Of a DNA stretch of 64,000 nucleotides, positions 20,785 to 30,816 are shown in pieces. The DNA is taken from assembly GCA_963752475.1 (NCBI GenBank), contig CAVVYR010000001.1, forward strand, positions 197,934 to 261,933, in the 5' to 3' direction. Both the position numbers and the translations under genes were made by a program. The DNA comes from an uncultured Chloroflexia bacterium (GTDB lineage: Bacteria > Chloroflexota > Limnocylindria > Limnocylindrales > CSP1-4). Under the pieces are notes generated by a model. The model was not told the DNA's origin. It ran no database searches and worked only from the letters and a program-made list of their open reading frames with translations. The first letter of the stretch is position 1, and each line of letters starts with the position of its first letter.

Positions 20785-21846
20785 TCAGGCCCCAGGTCGG
20801 ACGGTCCCGGTGCGCGCGTCCGACTCGGCGCCGAGCGTCCGCCGAACCTCGGCCGCGACCTGCTTTGGTGATGGGATGTAGGCGTCCTCGAGCGGCGGGC
20901 TGAAGGGCACGGGCATGTGCGGAGCGGTCACGAGGCCGACCGGACCACGCAGGGCCTCGAAGGCCTCCGACGCCACGAGCCCGGCGATGTCGGTCGCCAG
21001 CGAGCAGCGTGGGTTGGACTCGTCCACGACCACCAGGTGTCCGGTCTTGCGCACCGAACCGATGATGGTCTCGAGATCGAGCGGAGACATCGTACGCGGG
21101 TCGATGACCTCCACGGACACGCCCTCCTGAGCCAGCCCTTCGGCCGCCTCGACGGCCGTGTGCACCATCTTCTGGATACCTACGATCGTCACATCGCTAC
21201 CCTCGCGCACGACCTTGGCAACGCCGAAGGGGATGGTGTAGGACTCTTCGGGCACCGGACCCTCGCGCATGTACAGCCGCTTGTGCTCGATGAAGATGAC
21301 CGGATCGGGGTCCCGGATGGCCTCGATGAGCAGACCTTTCGCGTCGTACGCCGTCGATGGCGCCACCACCTTCAGCCCCGGCACGTGGGTGTACAGCGAG
21401 TAGAGCGCCTGGCTGTGCTCGGCTCCGGCGCGGAAGCCGGCACCGGCCACGGTGCGCACGACCATGGGGATCGAGCACTTGCCGCCGTAGAGGTAGCGCA
21501 TCTTGGCGGCCTGGTTCAGGAGCTGATCGAAGGAGGTGCCGATGAAGTCGATGTACATGATCTCGGCGATGGGGCGCAGACCGGCATAGGCCGCGCCCAC
21601 GGAGGCGCCGATGAAGCCGGTCTCGGCGATGGCCGTGTCGATGACCCGCTCGCGTCCGAACTTGGGCAGCAGGCCCTTCGTGACGCCGAACGGCCCGCCC
21701 CAGGCATCGGCGGCTTCGGGATGCTCCTCGTCGCGTCCGGCGCCGCCGGCGATGTCCTCGCCGAAGATGATGATCCGCTCGTCGGCGGCCATCTCCTGAT
21801 GCAACGCCTCGTTGATGGCGTCCTTGATGTTCAGCTGGCGTGTCAT
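20785..21846 (-). CDS. TPP-dependent dehydrogenase E1 beta subunit (AcoB/PdhB-like)
   Basis: FGEDI, DTAIAE, NQAAK, AEHSQ, DAKGLL, EHKRLY, EVIDPRT. Confidence 0.92.
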   Translation of the reverse strand: MTRQLNIKDAINEALHQEMAADERIIIFGEDIAGGAGRDEEHPEAADAWGGPFGVTKGLLPKFGRERVIDTAIAETGFIGASVGAAYAGLRPIAEIMYIDFIGTSFDQLLNQAAKMRYLYGGKCSIPMVVRTVAGAGFRAGAEHSQALYSLYTHVPGLKVVAPSTAYDAKGLLIEAIRDPDPVIFIEHKRLYMREGPVPEESYTIPFGVAKVVREGSDVTIVGIQKMVHTAVEAAEGLAQEGVSVEVIDPRTMSPLDLETIIGSVRKTGHLVVVDESNPRCSLATDIAGLVASEAFEALRGPVGLVTAPHMPVPFSPPLEDAYIPSPKQVAAEVRRTLGAESDARTGTVRPGA

Positions 21847-22820
21847 CGGGCTCCCTCCGGCCATGTCGTGTACACGTCCGCGGTCATGTCCTCGGTGCTG
21901 GGCCAGGGTGCGCCTCGCGCGGCCTCCCAGGCGGCGTCCACGTCCCGCATCGCCCCCTCGTCGATGGCGTCGAGCTCAGCCGCATCGAGGTGCTCGGCGG
22001 TCGCCCGTCGGAAGAACTCCAGCGGGTCCTTGGCGCGCCAACGTTCGACCTCGAAGGGCGGTTTGTACGTCTGCGTGTCACCCTCGTACTGGCCGCCATA
22101 GCGGTAGGTCATGGCCTCGATGAGCGACGGCCCGCCACCACCCCGAGCGCGTTCGATCGCGCGCTCGGTGGCTCGTCGGACCTCGAAGATGTCCATGCCG
22201 TCGATCTGCTCCGCGGGGATGCCGTAGGGCGTGGCCATGGCCGTGATCGAGGTGGCGTTGAGGTGGTAGTCGACCGCGGTCGTCTCTGCATAGAGGTTGT
22301 TCTCGCAAAAGAAGATGACCGGCACCTGCAGCAAAGCCGCGAAGTCGAGGGCCTCGTGCCATGCACCCTGGTGGACGGCCCCATCGCCGAAGAAGCTGAC
22401 CACCACGGAGTCGCGACCCTGGCGCATGAACGCGAGCGCGGCACCGGCGGCGATGGGCAGGCCGGCCGCCACGATGCCCATGCCTCCGATCATGCCCAGT
22501 TCCTGGTCGGCGACGTGCATCGAACCGCCACGTCCGTAGATGACGCCGGACTGCTTGCCCATCAGCTCGGCGGCCACAGCTTCGAGGGGCATATCGCGAG
22601 CGATCGCATGGTGGTGATTGCGGTAGGTCGTGTTGAAGAGATCGTCCTCTCGCAGCAGGCTGATGACGCCGACCGCGGTGGCCTCCTCGCCATAGGCGGT
22701 GTGCGTGTAGCCCTCGAGCTCCTTTGCCATGGTCAGGTCGTGGACCCGCTCCTCGAAGCGTCGGATGTTGACCATCCGTCGCCACAGATCGAGCAGCGTG
22801 GTCCGATCGGTCTCAGCCAT
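21843..22820 (-). CDS. TPP-dependent dehydrogenase E1 alpha subunit (AcoA/PdhA-like)
   Basis: GRGGSMH, GDGA...ENN TPP motif, IEAMTYR. Confidence 0.92.
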   Translation of the reverse strand: MAETDRTTLLDLWRRMVNIRRFEERVHDLTMAKELEGYTHTAYGEEATAVGVISLLREDDLFNTTYRNHHHAIARDMPLEAVAAELMGKQSGVIYGRGGSMHVADQELGMIGGMGIVAAGLPIAAGAALAFMRQGRDSVVVSFFGDGAVHQGAWHEALDFAALLQVPVIFFCENNLYAETTAVDYHLNATSITAMATPYGIPAEQIDGMDIFEVRRATERAIERARGGGGPSLIEAMTYRYGGQYEGDTQTYKPPFEVERWRAKDPLEFFRRATAEHLDAAELDAIDEGAMRDVDAAWEAARGAPWPSTEDMTADVYTTWPEGAR

Positions 22821-22862
22821 GGGTGCTCTCCCGCGTGTCGATGCGTGTCTGGACATGAGTGG

Positions 22863-23846
22863 TCATGACGCGTCTCCTTTGGGTTGGACTACTGCGTGCT
22901 GGAGTGCCTCACCGGCCTGCCAGCGTGCGATGTCATCGAGGATCATGCGGGCGTGGTGTCGCATCACGTCGTCGGCGGCGCCGGCCACGTGCGGCGTAAT
23001 GGTCACGTTGTCGTGAGCCAGGATGGGATGGTCCGGTGCCAGCGGCTCCTCCCAGAAGACATCCAGCGCGGCGCCGGCGATGGCATGCGAGCGCAGGGCC
23101 GCCAGCAAGGCCGCCTCGTCGACGACGGCCGCACGCGCGGTGTTGACCAGGATGGCCTCGGAACGCATGAGTCCCAGCTCGCGCTCGCCGATGAGCCCGT
23201 GCGTCTCAGGCGTCAGCGGGCAGTGGATCGAGATCACGTCCGAACGCACCAGCAGCTCGTCGAGAGCCATCAGCTCGACGCCCGGTGGAGCGGGGGCGAC
23301 AAAGGGGTCAAAGGCCACCACCGACATACCGAAGCCCCGTGCCCGGTCCGCGACGAGGCGGCCGATGGCACCGAGCCCTACGAGGCCCAGGGTGCGCCCG
23401 TCGAGCTCAGGCCCGCGGAAGTGGAAGTAAGGCAGGTCGCCCTCGGTCATCCAACCGTGCTCGCGTAGCTGGCGTTCCGAGCGGCCGATGCGACGGCAGT
23501 GGTCCAGCAGCAGACCCAGCGTGAAGTCGGCCACCGAGATGGCGTTGCGGCCGGGCGTGGCCAGGACGGCGATACCGCGGGCGGCGGCCGCGTCGAGATC
23601 CACGTTGGTGGGGTTGCCTCGGCAGGAGGCCACGATGCGGACGCTCGGGGCCGCGTCGAGGACGTCGGCGTCGACCCGCTCGAGCTCGCAGATGAGGACC
23701 ACCGTGCCTTCGAGCGCAGCCGCCAGCTCGTCGCTGGTCATGGCCTCGCGGGTCACGCCCCAGCCGGCGTGCACCGGTTCGTATCCGAGGGCTGCCAGCT
23801 CATCGAGCCCCTCGAGCGGGAACTCCGCCGTGACCAGCGCCTTCAT
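22863..23846 (-). CDS. D-isomer-specific 2-hydroxyacid dehydrogenase
   Basis: TPGRNA, GLVGLGAIG, VNTARA, LDVFWEEP, TPHVAGA. Confidence 0.9.
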   Translation of the reverse strand: MKALVTAEFPLEGLDELAALGYEPVHAGWGVTREAMTSDELAAALEGTVVLICELERVDADVLDAAPSVRIVASCRGNPTNVDLDAAAARGIAVLATPGRNAISVADFTLGLLLDHCRRIGRSERQLREHGWMTEGDLPYFHFRGPELDGRTLGLVGLGAIGRLVADRARGFGMSVVAFDPFVAPAPPGVELMALDELLVRSDVISIHCPLTPETHGLIGERELGLMRSEAILVNTARAAVVDEAALLAALRSHAIAGAALDVFWEEPLAPDHPILAHDNVTITPHVAGAADDVMRHHARMILDDIARWQAGEALQHAVVQPKGDAS

Positions 23847-25294
23847 GCCGTCCACCCCGGGAGCGTCTGGCGCAGGGCGTCGCCGGCCGCGATGTATCGC
23901 ATGTAGCCCTCCTCGAGTGCTTCGTTGGGGCGGGGGTCTACGGTCTCGCCGATGAACGCCGGTGCCTGGGAGCTCGCGGGTGTACCAGCGGACGCCACCA
24001 GCCAGGCGAAGGCGCGGCCGGCCGGGTAGTCGCTTGCCACACGACCGATGGGTCGCCCGGTGGTGTCGGCGACGAGCTGCGTGAACGTGCGTGAGCGAGA
24101 GGCGCCGCCGAGCAGGCAGATCCGGTTCGATACCTTGCCGGTGGCCCGCTCGAGGTCTTCGAGGTTCCCGCGGATGCCGTAGGCGTGTGCCTCGATGAAG
24201 GCTCGCGCCACGTCAGCGCGCGCATGCCCGGGTTCGAAGCCGATGAGCCCGCCCGGCGCCCCCGAGCTCCAGGTCTCCTCGCTCCAGATCCGCGCCGTGA
24301 CGGCGGCCGTGATGCCGTTGGCACCAGCAGGCGATGCGGCCGCCTCGTCCGCGAGCGTGCTGACGCCGGTGCCGCTGATCTGCGCGAACCAGTCGAGGCT
24401 CATGCCGGTGTAGCCGGCGTTGGTCTCCGCCGCCCAGCGGTCGGGACGGAGATGGGCGCTGACCCACGGGTGCTGCTCGGGATCGCGCGGAAGCTCGGCG
24501 GTACTCGCCTGCAGCGGCGTGGTCGTGCCCGCCACCACGCTGACCACGCCATCAGCCAGGCCGCCTGCCCCCGTGGCGGCGAGCTGCGTATCGCCGCCGC
24601 CAGCGATGACGTCGATGCCACCGGGCAAGCCCAGGTCAGGATCACGCAGGGTCCCTACGCGGGTGCCGGCATCGACGAGCCGCGGCAGTGCGGACGGGTC
24701 GAGACCCAGCGACTCGAGGACTTCGCGCGCCCACGTTCGTCGATCGACGTCGAGCAGTTGCCCGGCAGAGGCCATCGAGGGCTCGCTCACGCGCTCGCCA
24801 CAGAGACGCCATAGCGCCCAGTCGTGCACGAAGAGCATCGTGCGGGCTCGTTGAAGCCGGCCGCTGCGCTGCTCCTCGAGCAGCTTGGGCAGTGTCAGCT
24901 GGGGCGCCGACCAGTGACCGGTGATCTCGTACAAGCGCTCACGGCCGATGGTCTCGCGCACGCGCTCGAGGTGGTCCGCCCCACGCCGGTCGGCGTTGAC
25001 CACGCCTGCGCCCAGCTCTCCGTCGTCGTCGAGCAGGACATAGCCCTGGCGCAGGGACGTGACACTCACGGCGCCGTAGTCGTCGGGAGGGCGTGCCGCC
25101 CGCGAGACGGCTGCGCGCATGGCCGCCGCCGCCGCCCGCCACCAGCCGTGCGGGTCGAACTCCGCGCGGCCGGGTGCCGGGAACGAGGTCTCGGTCGGCT
25201 CCTGGGCCACCGCCAGCACCTCGCCGCGCTCGACATCGGCCACGCAGGCCTTGACGGCCCCGCCTCCGAAGTCGAGCCCGGCGACCAGCGGCAT
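23843..25294 (-). CDS. FGGY-family carbohydrate kinase (LsrK/xylulokinase-like)
   Basis: GLDFGGGAVKA, TSLRQG, GGGDTQ, VAGTT, LGGASRS. Confidence 0.85.
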   Translation of the reverse strand: MPLVAGLDFGGGAVKACVADVERGEVLAVAQEPTETSFPAPGRAEFDPHGWWRAAAAAMRAAVSRAARPPDDYGAVSVTSLRQGYVLLDDDGELGAGVVNADRRGADHLERVRETIGRERLYEITGHWSAPQLTLPKLLEEQRSGRLQRARTMLFVHDWALWRLCGERVSEPSMASAGQLLDVDRRTWAREVLESLGLDPSALPRLVDAGTRVGTLRDPDLGLPGGIDVIAGGGDTQLAATGAGGLADGVVSVVAGTTTPLQASTAELPRDPEQHPWVSAHLRPDRWAAETNAGYTGMSLDWFAQISGTGVSTLADEAAASPAGANGITAAVTARIWSEETWSSGAPGGLIGFEPGHARADVARAFIEAHAYGIRGNLEDLERATGKVSNRICLLGGASRSRTFTQLVADTTGRPIGRVASDYPAGRAFAWLVASAGTPASSQAPAFIGETVDPRPNEALEEGYMRYIAAGDALRQTLPGWTA

Positions 25295-25950
25295 CAGGTC
25301 TTGCCGTAGCCCTTGCCGGCAGCTTCGAGCCCGTGGATCCACTCCATGTACTCGGGCGGCGTGACCGTGTCCGTGTCGCCCAGCTGGATGGCTCGATAGG
25401 TAGCCATGGCCGCCGCCTCCAGGTTCATCGCCCTCTGATAGGCCAGGTCGGGCGTGTCGGCCACCAGCAGACAACCGTGATGCTTGAGCAGCACGACCTC
25501 GGCATCGTCGAGCTGGGCCGCTACGGCCGTAGCCAGCTCCGGGCTACCGGAGTTGATGTACGGGACCTCATGGAGATCGCGCACGTAGTAGGCATGATCG
25601 GTGGTGAGGTGGCGGATGGGCGTGCCGATGGCATGCAGTGTCGTCGAGAGCGGCGGATGGAGGTGGAAGACGAACTGCGCGTCCGGGCGCGCGAGATAGG
25701 CCGCCGCGTGCATGGGCCACTCGCTCGAGGGCTTGAGCTCCCCCGCGAGCCTGTTCCCGTCGAAGTCGACGCGTGCGAGCTGGTCGGGCGAGAGCTCAGC
25801 GATGCTGTAACCGCTGGGCGTGATGAGGAAACCCTCACCATCGGGCAGCCGACCCGAGAGGTTGCCTCCGGAGCCCACCACGAGCCCCGCGGTCACAAGC
25901 TTCTGGCCCTGGAACAGCAGAGCCTCGGCGATGGTTCGTTCGTCAGTCAT
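25294..25950 (-). CDS. class II aldolase/adducin family (FucA-like)
   Basis: GGNLS, ITPSG, KPSSEWPMH, HLHP, LKHHG. Confidence 0.9.
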   Translation of the reverse strand: MTDERTIAEALLFQGQKLVTAGLVVGSGGNLSGRLPDGEGFLITPSGYSIAELSPDQLARVDFDGNRLAGELKPSSEWPMHAAAYLARPDAQFVFHLHPPLSTTLHAIGTPIRHLTTDHAYYVRDLHEVPYINSGSPELATAVAAQLDDAEVVLLKHHGCLLVADTPDLAYQRAMNLEAAAMATYRAIQLGDTDTVTPPEYMEWIHGLEAAGKGYGKT

Positions 25951-25989
25951 GTGCGGTGAGTCCTTCTCCTCGTGTTAGGCGAGCTCTGC

Positions 25990-27030
25990 TCAGGCGTTGG
26001 GCCGCAGGATGGTCTTGAGCGTCATGAGTGCCTCGTCGCGCGACTCCTCCAGGGCGGAGCGAACCTTGGCCATGGGGTAGCTGGCGGTGACGAGGCGTCG
26101 TCCGTCCACGACCCGTGAGGCCAGCAGCTCGAGCGCGAGCCCGAACTCGGTAGGCGCCAGGTGCCCGCCGCGGATCTCGAGCTCCTTGAACTCGGCCACG
26201 GTGTTCCAGTCGACCGACCCGCGCTCGCGGTAGACACCGTAGAGCGTGATACGACCGCCGGGCGCGATGGCCTCGAAACCCAGGTCGACCGAGGCGGTGA
26301 CGCCGGTGAAGTCGACGTAGTGATCGGGCCCGATGCCGTCGGTGCGTTCGCGCAGCTCAGCCGCTGCGTCGGTGGTGGTGACATCGATAGCCTCGGTGGC
26401 GCCCAGCTCAAGGGCCAGCCGGGCACGCTCGGGCGTGGTCACGAGGGCCACGATCTCGCGCACCGGCTTGACCGCGGCGACGTACGCCAGCGCGCCGGCA
26501 CCGATGGCGCCGATGCCGCTGATGACGATGCTCTCACCGTCGGTCGGGTCAGCCCGCTCGATGGCGTGGATACCGCACGCCAGCGGCTCGGCGGCGACGG
26601 CTTCCTCTGGGACCAGGCCGGTGGGCACGCGCCACACGCGGGCTTCCGGCGGGATGGCCATCCGCTCGGCCCAACCGCCGGGCAGGCTGCTGCCGATGTG
26701 GCGGCCATCGCGACAGAGGTGGTACCGCTCGCGCCGGCAGAGGGGGCACACGCCGCAGGGAACCATGACCTCGTTGACGACCATGTCGCCCTCGGCCACG
26801 CCCCAGCGCGAGCCGGCCTCAGCGTCCAGCTCCACGATGGTGCCCACGTTCTCGTGCCCGGGGATGAAGGGGAACGCCAGCTCCCAGGGCGAGTCACCCT
26901 TGTAGATCATGCGGTCGGCAGCACAGACGCCGGCGGCCTCCATGCGCACGACCGCTCCGCCCTCAAGGACCAGGTCCGGCACGTCCTCGACACGGAAGTC
27001 ACCCGCGCCGTGAGCCACGACGGCTCTCAC
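25990..27030 (-). CDS. zinc-dependent polyol/alcohol dehydrogenase (MDR)
   Basis: GVCAAD, PGHE, CGVCPLC...C, EPLAC, GIGAIG. Confidence 0.9.
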   Translation of the reverse strand: MRAVVAHGAGDFRVEDVPDLVLEGGAVVRMEAAGVCAADRMIYKGDSPWELAFPFIPGHENVGTIVELDAEAGSRWGVAEGDMVVNEVMVPCGVCPLCRRERYHLCRDGRHIGSSLPGGWAERMAIPPEARVWRVPTGLVPEEAVAAEPLACGIHAIERADPTDGESIVISGIGAIGAGALAYVAAVKPVREIVALVTTPERARLALELGATEAIDVTTTDAAAELRERTDGIGPDHYVDFTGVTASVDLGFEAIAPGGRITLYGVYRERGSVDWNTVAEFKELEIRGGHLAPTEFGLALELLASRVVDGRRLVTASYPMAKVRSALEESRDEALMTLKTILRPNA

Positions 27031-27875
27031 CGCTGGCCCCGCGCTCGAGCGGTCGCTTCCTTCATCGTCGCGTAGCCGTAGGTGCTGGCAGCCTCGCTGC
27101 CGATGACGCCCTCCTCGACCGAGCCGTACATGTCAAGTGACATGGCGCCGGTGTAGCCGATCTCGTCGATGGCCTGCATGAAGCCGGTGAAGTCGTGATG
27201 CCAGCCCGGTGGCAGATCGGCCTCGACGGGCCCCGGTGTGTCCCCCAGGTGCACGTGCTTGAGCCGGTCACCGATGAGGTGGAGCGCCACCGGCAGGTCC
27301 TCGCCCACCCACAGCGCGTGGCCCGTGTCGAGGAGCACGCCCAGGGCCGGGTGATCCACCGCATCGCAGAGTCGCAGCGCGGCGTCCGCATTGGCCAGCA
27401 TCTCCATGGGCTTGTACTCGACGGCCACTTCCATGCCTAGCTCGGCGACGCCCTCGGCGATGGTCCGGAAGGACTCGACCATCACGGGCCACACCTCGGC
27501 TGGTCGGGTGCTGCGGTCGAGCGTGTCCGCACCGGGCCACAGGCCGAGGACCTTGCAGCCGAAGGCATCACGGCCGACGCGGGCCGTGTCAAGTGCCCCC
27601 CGGATGGCCTCGGCGGCATGGCCCGGGTGCCCCAGACCACCGTGGGGCCACCTGTCGGGCGGCATGGAGTAGAGCACCGTGCCCACGGCCAATCCATACG
27701 TGTCGGTGAGCGTGACGTAGTCGGCGACCTTGGCTTCGGACAACTGGTCAGCCACGTCGTAGACGCCCAGCTCGATGCCGTCGAAGCCGAGCTTCGCGCT
27801 CGAGGTCCAGATGGACTCCGCCGAGTGTCCCTCCGGCCAGTAGTTCCAGTCGGCGTTGAGCAGCTTCGGGATCAC
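27027..27875 (-). CDS. sugar phosphate isomerase/epimerase (TIM barrel)
   Basis: GFDGIEL, VEYKPME, LLDTGH, HVHLGD. Confidence 0.85.
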   Translation of the reverse strand: MIPKLLNADWNYWPEGHSAESIWTSSAKLGFDGIELGVYDVADQLSEAKVADYVTLTDTYGLAVGTVLYSMPPDRWPHGGLGHPGHAAEAIRGALDTARVGRDAFGCKVLGLWPGADTLDRSTRPAEVWPVMVESFRTIAEGVAELGMEVAVEYKPMEMLANADAALRLCDAVDHPALGVLLDTGHALWVGEDLPVALHLIGDRLKHVHLGDTPGPVEADLPPGWHHDFTGFMQAIDEIGYTGAMSLDMYGSVEEGVIGSEAASTYGYATMKEATARARGQR

Positions 27876-28918
27876 AGGATGCGGTCCTCGGTAGGCACCA
27901 CCCAGGCCTGCTCCTTCGGCAGCCGTAGCGTGATGGCCTGCTCCGCTTCGTAGCGCACACCCGGCGCGGCAGTGAACTGGAAGGGCACATCGGCGGCGTG
28001 GGCCCAGACGCGCACGTGCGTGCCCAGATACATGGCTCGCTCGACGGTCGCCTCAAAGCTGTTCTCACCTGGACCGACCTCGATGGCCTCCTGGCGGATG
28101 ACCAGCATGCCATCACCGGCTGGGTGCTCGTGGCCCAGCTGCAACGTGCCCAGGACGGACTGGAAACTCCGGCCGCTGACCGTGCCGGGGACGAAGTTCT
28201 TGGTGCCGAAGAAGCGGGCCACGGACTGGGTCGCCGGTCGTTCGTAGAAATCCTGCGGCAAGCCATCCTGCTGGATGCGACCCTGGAGCATGAGCGCGAT
28301 GCGGTCGGCCAGCATCACCGCCTCTTCCTGGTCGTGCGTGACGAAGATGCTGGTGATCCCCAGCTCGGCCTGGATGGATCGGATGAGGTCGCGCATCTCG
28401 ATGCGCAGGTTGGCGTCCAGCTGGCTCAGCGGCTCGTCCAGCAGCAGGATGTCCGGCTCGGTGATGAGCCCGCGGGCGAGCGAGATACGCTGCTCCTGGC
28501 CACCCGAAAGCTGACCGGGCCGGCGGTCCTCCATGCCGGGCAGGCGAACGAGCTCCATCATCTCCTTGACCCGCTTCTTCCGCGTCTTCTTGTCCACGCC
28601 GCGCATGCGCAGCCCGAAGGCCACGTTGTCGCCGATGGACATGTGCGGGAAGAGCAGCGGCTTCTGGAAGACCATCGCGACCTGGCGCTTCTCGGCGGGG
28701 ATGTCGATGACCGACGCCCCATCGAACTGGACGTCGCCGCTGGTGGGGTCGAGCAGACCGGCCACCATCTTCATGGTCGTCGTCTTGCCACAACCGGAGG
28801 GCCCGAGCATGGCCACCAGCTGGCCCTTCTCGATGTTCATATCGATGGCATCGACGCTCGGCTCGGTGGCGTTCTTGTAGACCTTGGTCAGCTGGACCAG
28901 ATCGACCGTGACCGTCAT
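27872..28918 (-). CDS. ABC ATP-binding protein (PotA-like, C-terminal TOBE domain)
   Basis: GPSGCGKTT, LSGGQEQR, LLLDEP, VTHDQEEA. Confidence 0.92.
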   Translation of the reverse strand: MTVTVDLVQLTKVYKNATEPSVDAIDMNIEKGQLVAMLGPSGCGKTTTMKMVAGLLDPTSGDVQFDGASVIDIPAEKRQVAMVFQKPLLFPHMSIGDNVAFGLRMRGVDKKTRKKRVKEMMELVRLPGMEDRRPGQLSGGQEQRISLARGLITEPDILLLDEPLSQLDANLRIEMRDLIRSIQAELGITSIFVTHDQEEAVMLADRIALMLQGRIQQDGLPQDFYERPATQSVARFFGTKNFVPGTVSGRSFQSVLGTLQLGHEHPAGDGMLVIRQEAIEVGPGENSFEATVERAMYLGTHVRVWAHAADVPFQFTAAPGVRYEAEQAITLRLPKEQAWVVPTEDRIL

Positions 28919-29874
28919 GCGCGTCCGATGCCCCCGATAGCTGCGTCGTCGCCACTCAGATACCTCGAGGTCAGGATCATGAGCACGATGGCCGGCGCGA
29001 TGAAGAAGAGGCTCAGCGCAGCCGCGATGGCGGGATCAGAGCCCACGAACTGGAACAGCAGGAGTGGCAGCGTGATCACGATGCCGCCCCCGATGATGAG
29101 CGTCATGAGGTACTCGCTCCAGCTGATGAGGAAGGCGAAGAAGGCGGCCACGATGAGGCCGGGCAGGACGGCCGGGAACGTGACGTGCATGAAGACGCGC
29201 AGCGGGTTGGCGCCAAGGACCCGGGCCTGCTCCTCGTAGCTCGTGTCGTAGTTGGCGAATACCGCCCCCATCACCAACACGACGTAGGGGATGGTCGGGA
29301 TGAGGTGGACGAGCACGACGCCGGGAATGGTGTCGGCCAGCCCGTAGCGGATGAACATCACCTGGATGCCCATCGACACCGCGATGGCGGGCACGATGAC
29401 CGGCGCCAGCAGGATGAGCTCGACGAAACGTTTGCCGCGGAAGCGGTAGAGGCCCAGCGCGCGGCCCCCGGACAGGCCGATGGCCGCGGCGATCACGGCC
29501 ACGAGGAGGGCGATGGAGAGCGAGTTGAAGAGGCCCTCCATGACGTCGGAGCGGTCAGAGAAGACGTAGGACCAGGCGCGGTCCGAGAGCTCTTCGGGGA
29601 TGATCGTGGGGAAGAACCAGCGGTGGCTGATGGACCAGAAGATCAGCGGCACGAAGGGCAGCAGCAACAGGAAGCACATCAGCAACACGAGCAGGTAGCG
29701 ACCGATGTGGCGCTTGGGCCTGGGCCCCGGGAATGCCTCCGGCGGATCTTCGTGGTCGAGGCGTGTGTCGGGTTGCATGACACCGGTCCCGCCGGTCACG
29801 TTACGCTGGCCCGCCGTGATCTTCGCCTCCCCTTCGTCGGGTGGGCGGCCGGTCGTGTCGCGCTCGATGTTCAC
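28915..29874 (-). CDS. ABC transporter permease
   Basis: EEQARVLGA EAA loop, AFLISWSEY. Confidence 0.9.
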   Translation of the reverse strand: MNIERDTTGRPPDEGEAKITAGQRNVTGGTGVMQPDTRLDHEDPPEAFPGPRPKRHIGRYLLVLLMCFLLLLPFVPLIFWSISHRWFFPTIIPEELSDRAWSYVFSDRSDVMEGLFNSLSIALLVAVIAAAIGLSGGRALGLYRFRGKRFVELILLAPVIVPAIAVSMGIQVMFIRYGLADTIPGVVLVHLIPTIPYVVLVMGAVFANYDTSYEEQARVLGANPLRVFMHVTFPAVLPGLIVAAFFAFLISWSEYLMTLIIGGGIVITLPLLLFQFVGSDPAIAAALSLFFIAPAIVLMILTSRYLSGDDAAIGGIGRA

Positions 29875-30773
29875 GACTCACTCCGGACGTAGCGGCGCGA
29901 GAGCCAGGTGTAGACGAACACGGCCACGGCGGTGATGACAGCGATGACCATGGCGATGGCCATGGCCTCCGAGCGCGCGTTCAGGTCGACATCCGCGAAG
30001 GACTTGTAGGCCAGGACCGGCAGCGCCGCGGGGAAGGGCTGCCCGAGCAGGAACGGCACCTCGAAGGCCCCGAAGCCGAAGGCGAAGACGATCACCGACG
30101 TGGACACGATGGCCGGCGTGATGAGCGGAAGGATGACGTGCCAGAAGCGCTTCCAGCGGCTGGCGCCGAGTGTCCTGGCCAGGTCCTCGTAGTCACCGAC
30201 GCCGCGCGCCAGTGCGGCCAGCACGACGACGCCGATGAAGACGGTCTCCTTCCAGACGTACTCGGCGATGATGCCGATCGCACCGCGGTCGTTCGTCATG
30301 GGGTAGAAGTCGCCCGGGGAGTCGGTCAGGCCGAACGCGAAGGAGATACGTGACAGGAGCCCGCCCTGCGCCAGCAGGAAGAGCATGGCCACCGCTCCGA
30401 CGATGTGCGGGATGGGCAGGTTGAACTGGAAGATGAAGGTCGTGACGCGCCGGCCCCGCGCCGTGTGGTGGATGAGCAGCGCGCAGGCTACCGCCAGGAC
30501 GATCGAGATGATGGTCGAAACGAAGGCGATGTAGAGCGAGAGCCGCAGCGAGATCCAGAAGACCCGGTCGTTGAAGATCTCGATGTAGGCATCGAGATTG
30601 AGGTCGTTCTTGCCGATGAGCGGCATGTAGTTGAGGCTCTGCATGAGCCCCAGCACGAGGCCGCCGGTGAAGAGCACGAGGACCACGAACAAGGCAGGCG
30701 AAAGCAGCAACCAGGGTCGGGTCCAATCGGGGAGGCGCCGGCGACGGCGCCTCCCCGTCGTGGTCGCAGTCAC
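29871..30773 (-). CDS. ABC transporter permease
   Basis: YEDLARTLGAS EAA loop, FGAFEVPFLLG. Confidence 0.9.
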   Translation of the reverse strand: MTATTTGRRRRRRLPDWTRPWLLLSPALFVVLVLFTGGLVLGLMQSLNYMPLIGKNDLNLDAYIEIFNDRVFWISLRLSLYIAFVSTIISIVLAVACALLIHHTARGRRVTTFIFQFNLPIPHIVGAVAMLFLLAQGGLLSRISFAFGLTDSPGDFYPMTNDRGAIGIIAEYVWKETVFIGVVVLAALARGVGDYEDLARTLGASRWKRFWHVILPLITPAIVSTSVIVFAFGFGAFEVPFLLGQPFPAALPVLAYKSFADVDLNARSEAMAIAMVIAVITAVAVFVYTWLSRRYVRSES

Positions 30774-30816
30774 GTCTCGCTACTCGCGATTCGGACAGCT
30801 AGGGCGGGATCGGGTG

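Noticed and set aside
20785-22820. Housekeeping pdhAB or canonical acoAB symbols
   Set aside because: No E2/E3 genes, atypical context and an active-site loop change; symbols withheld.
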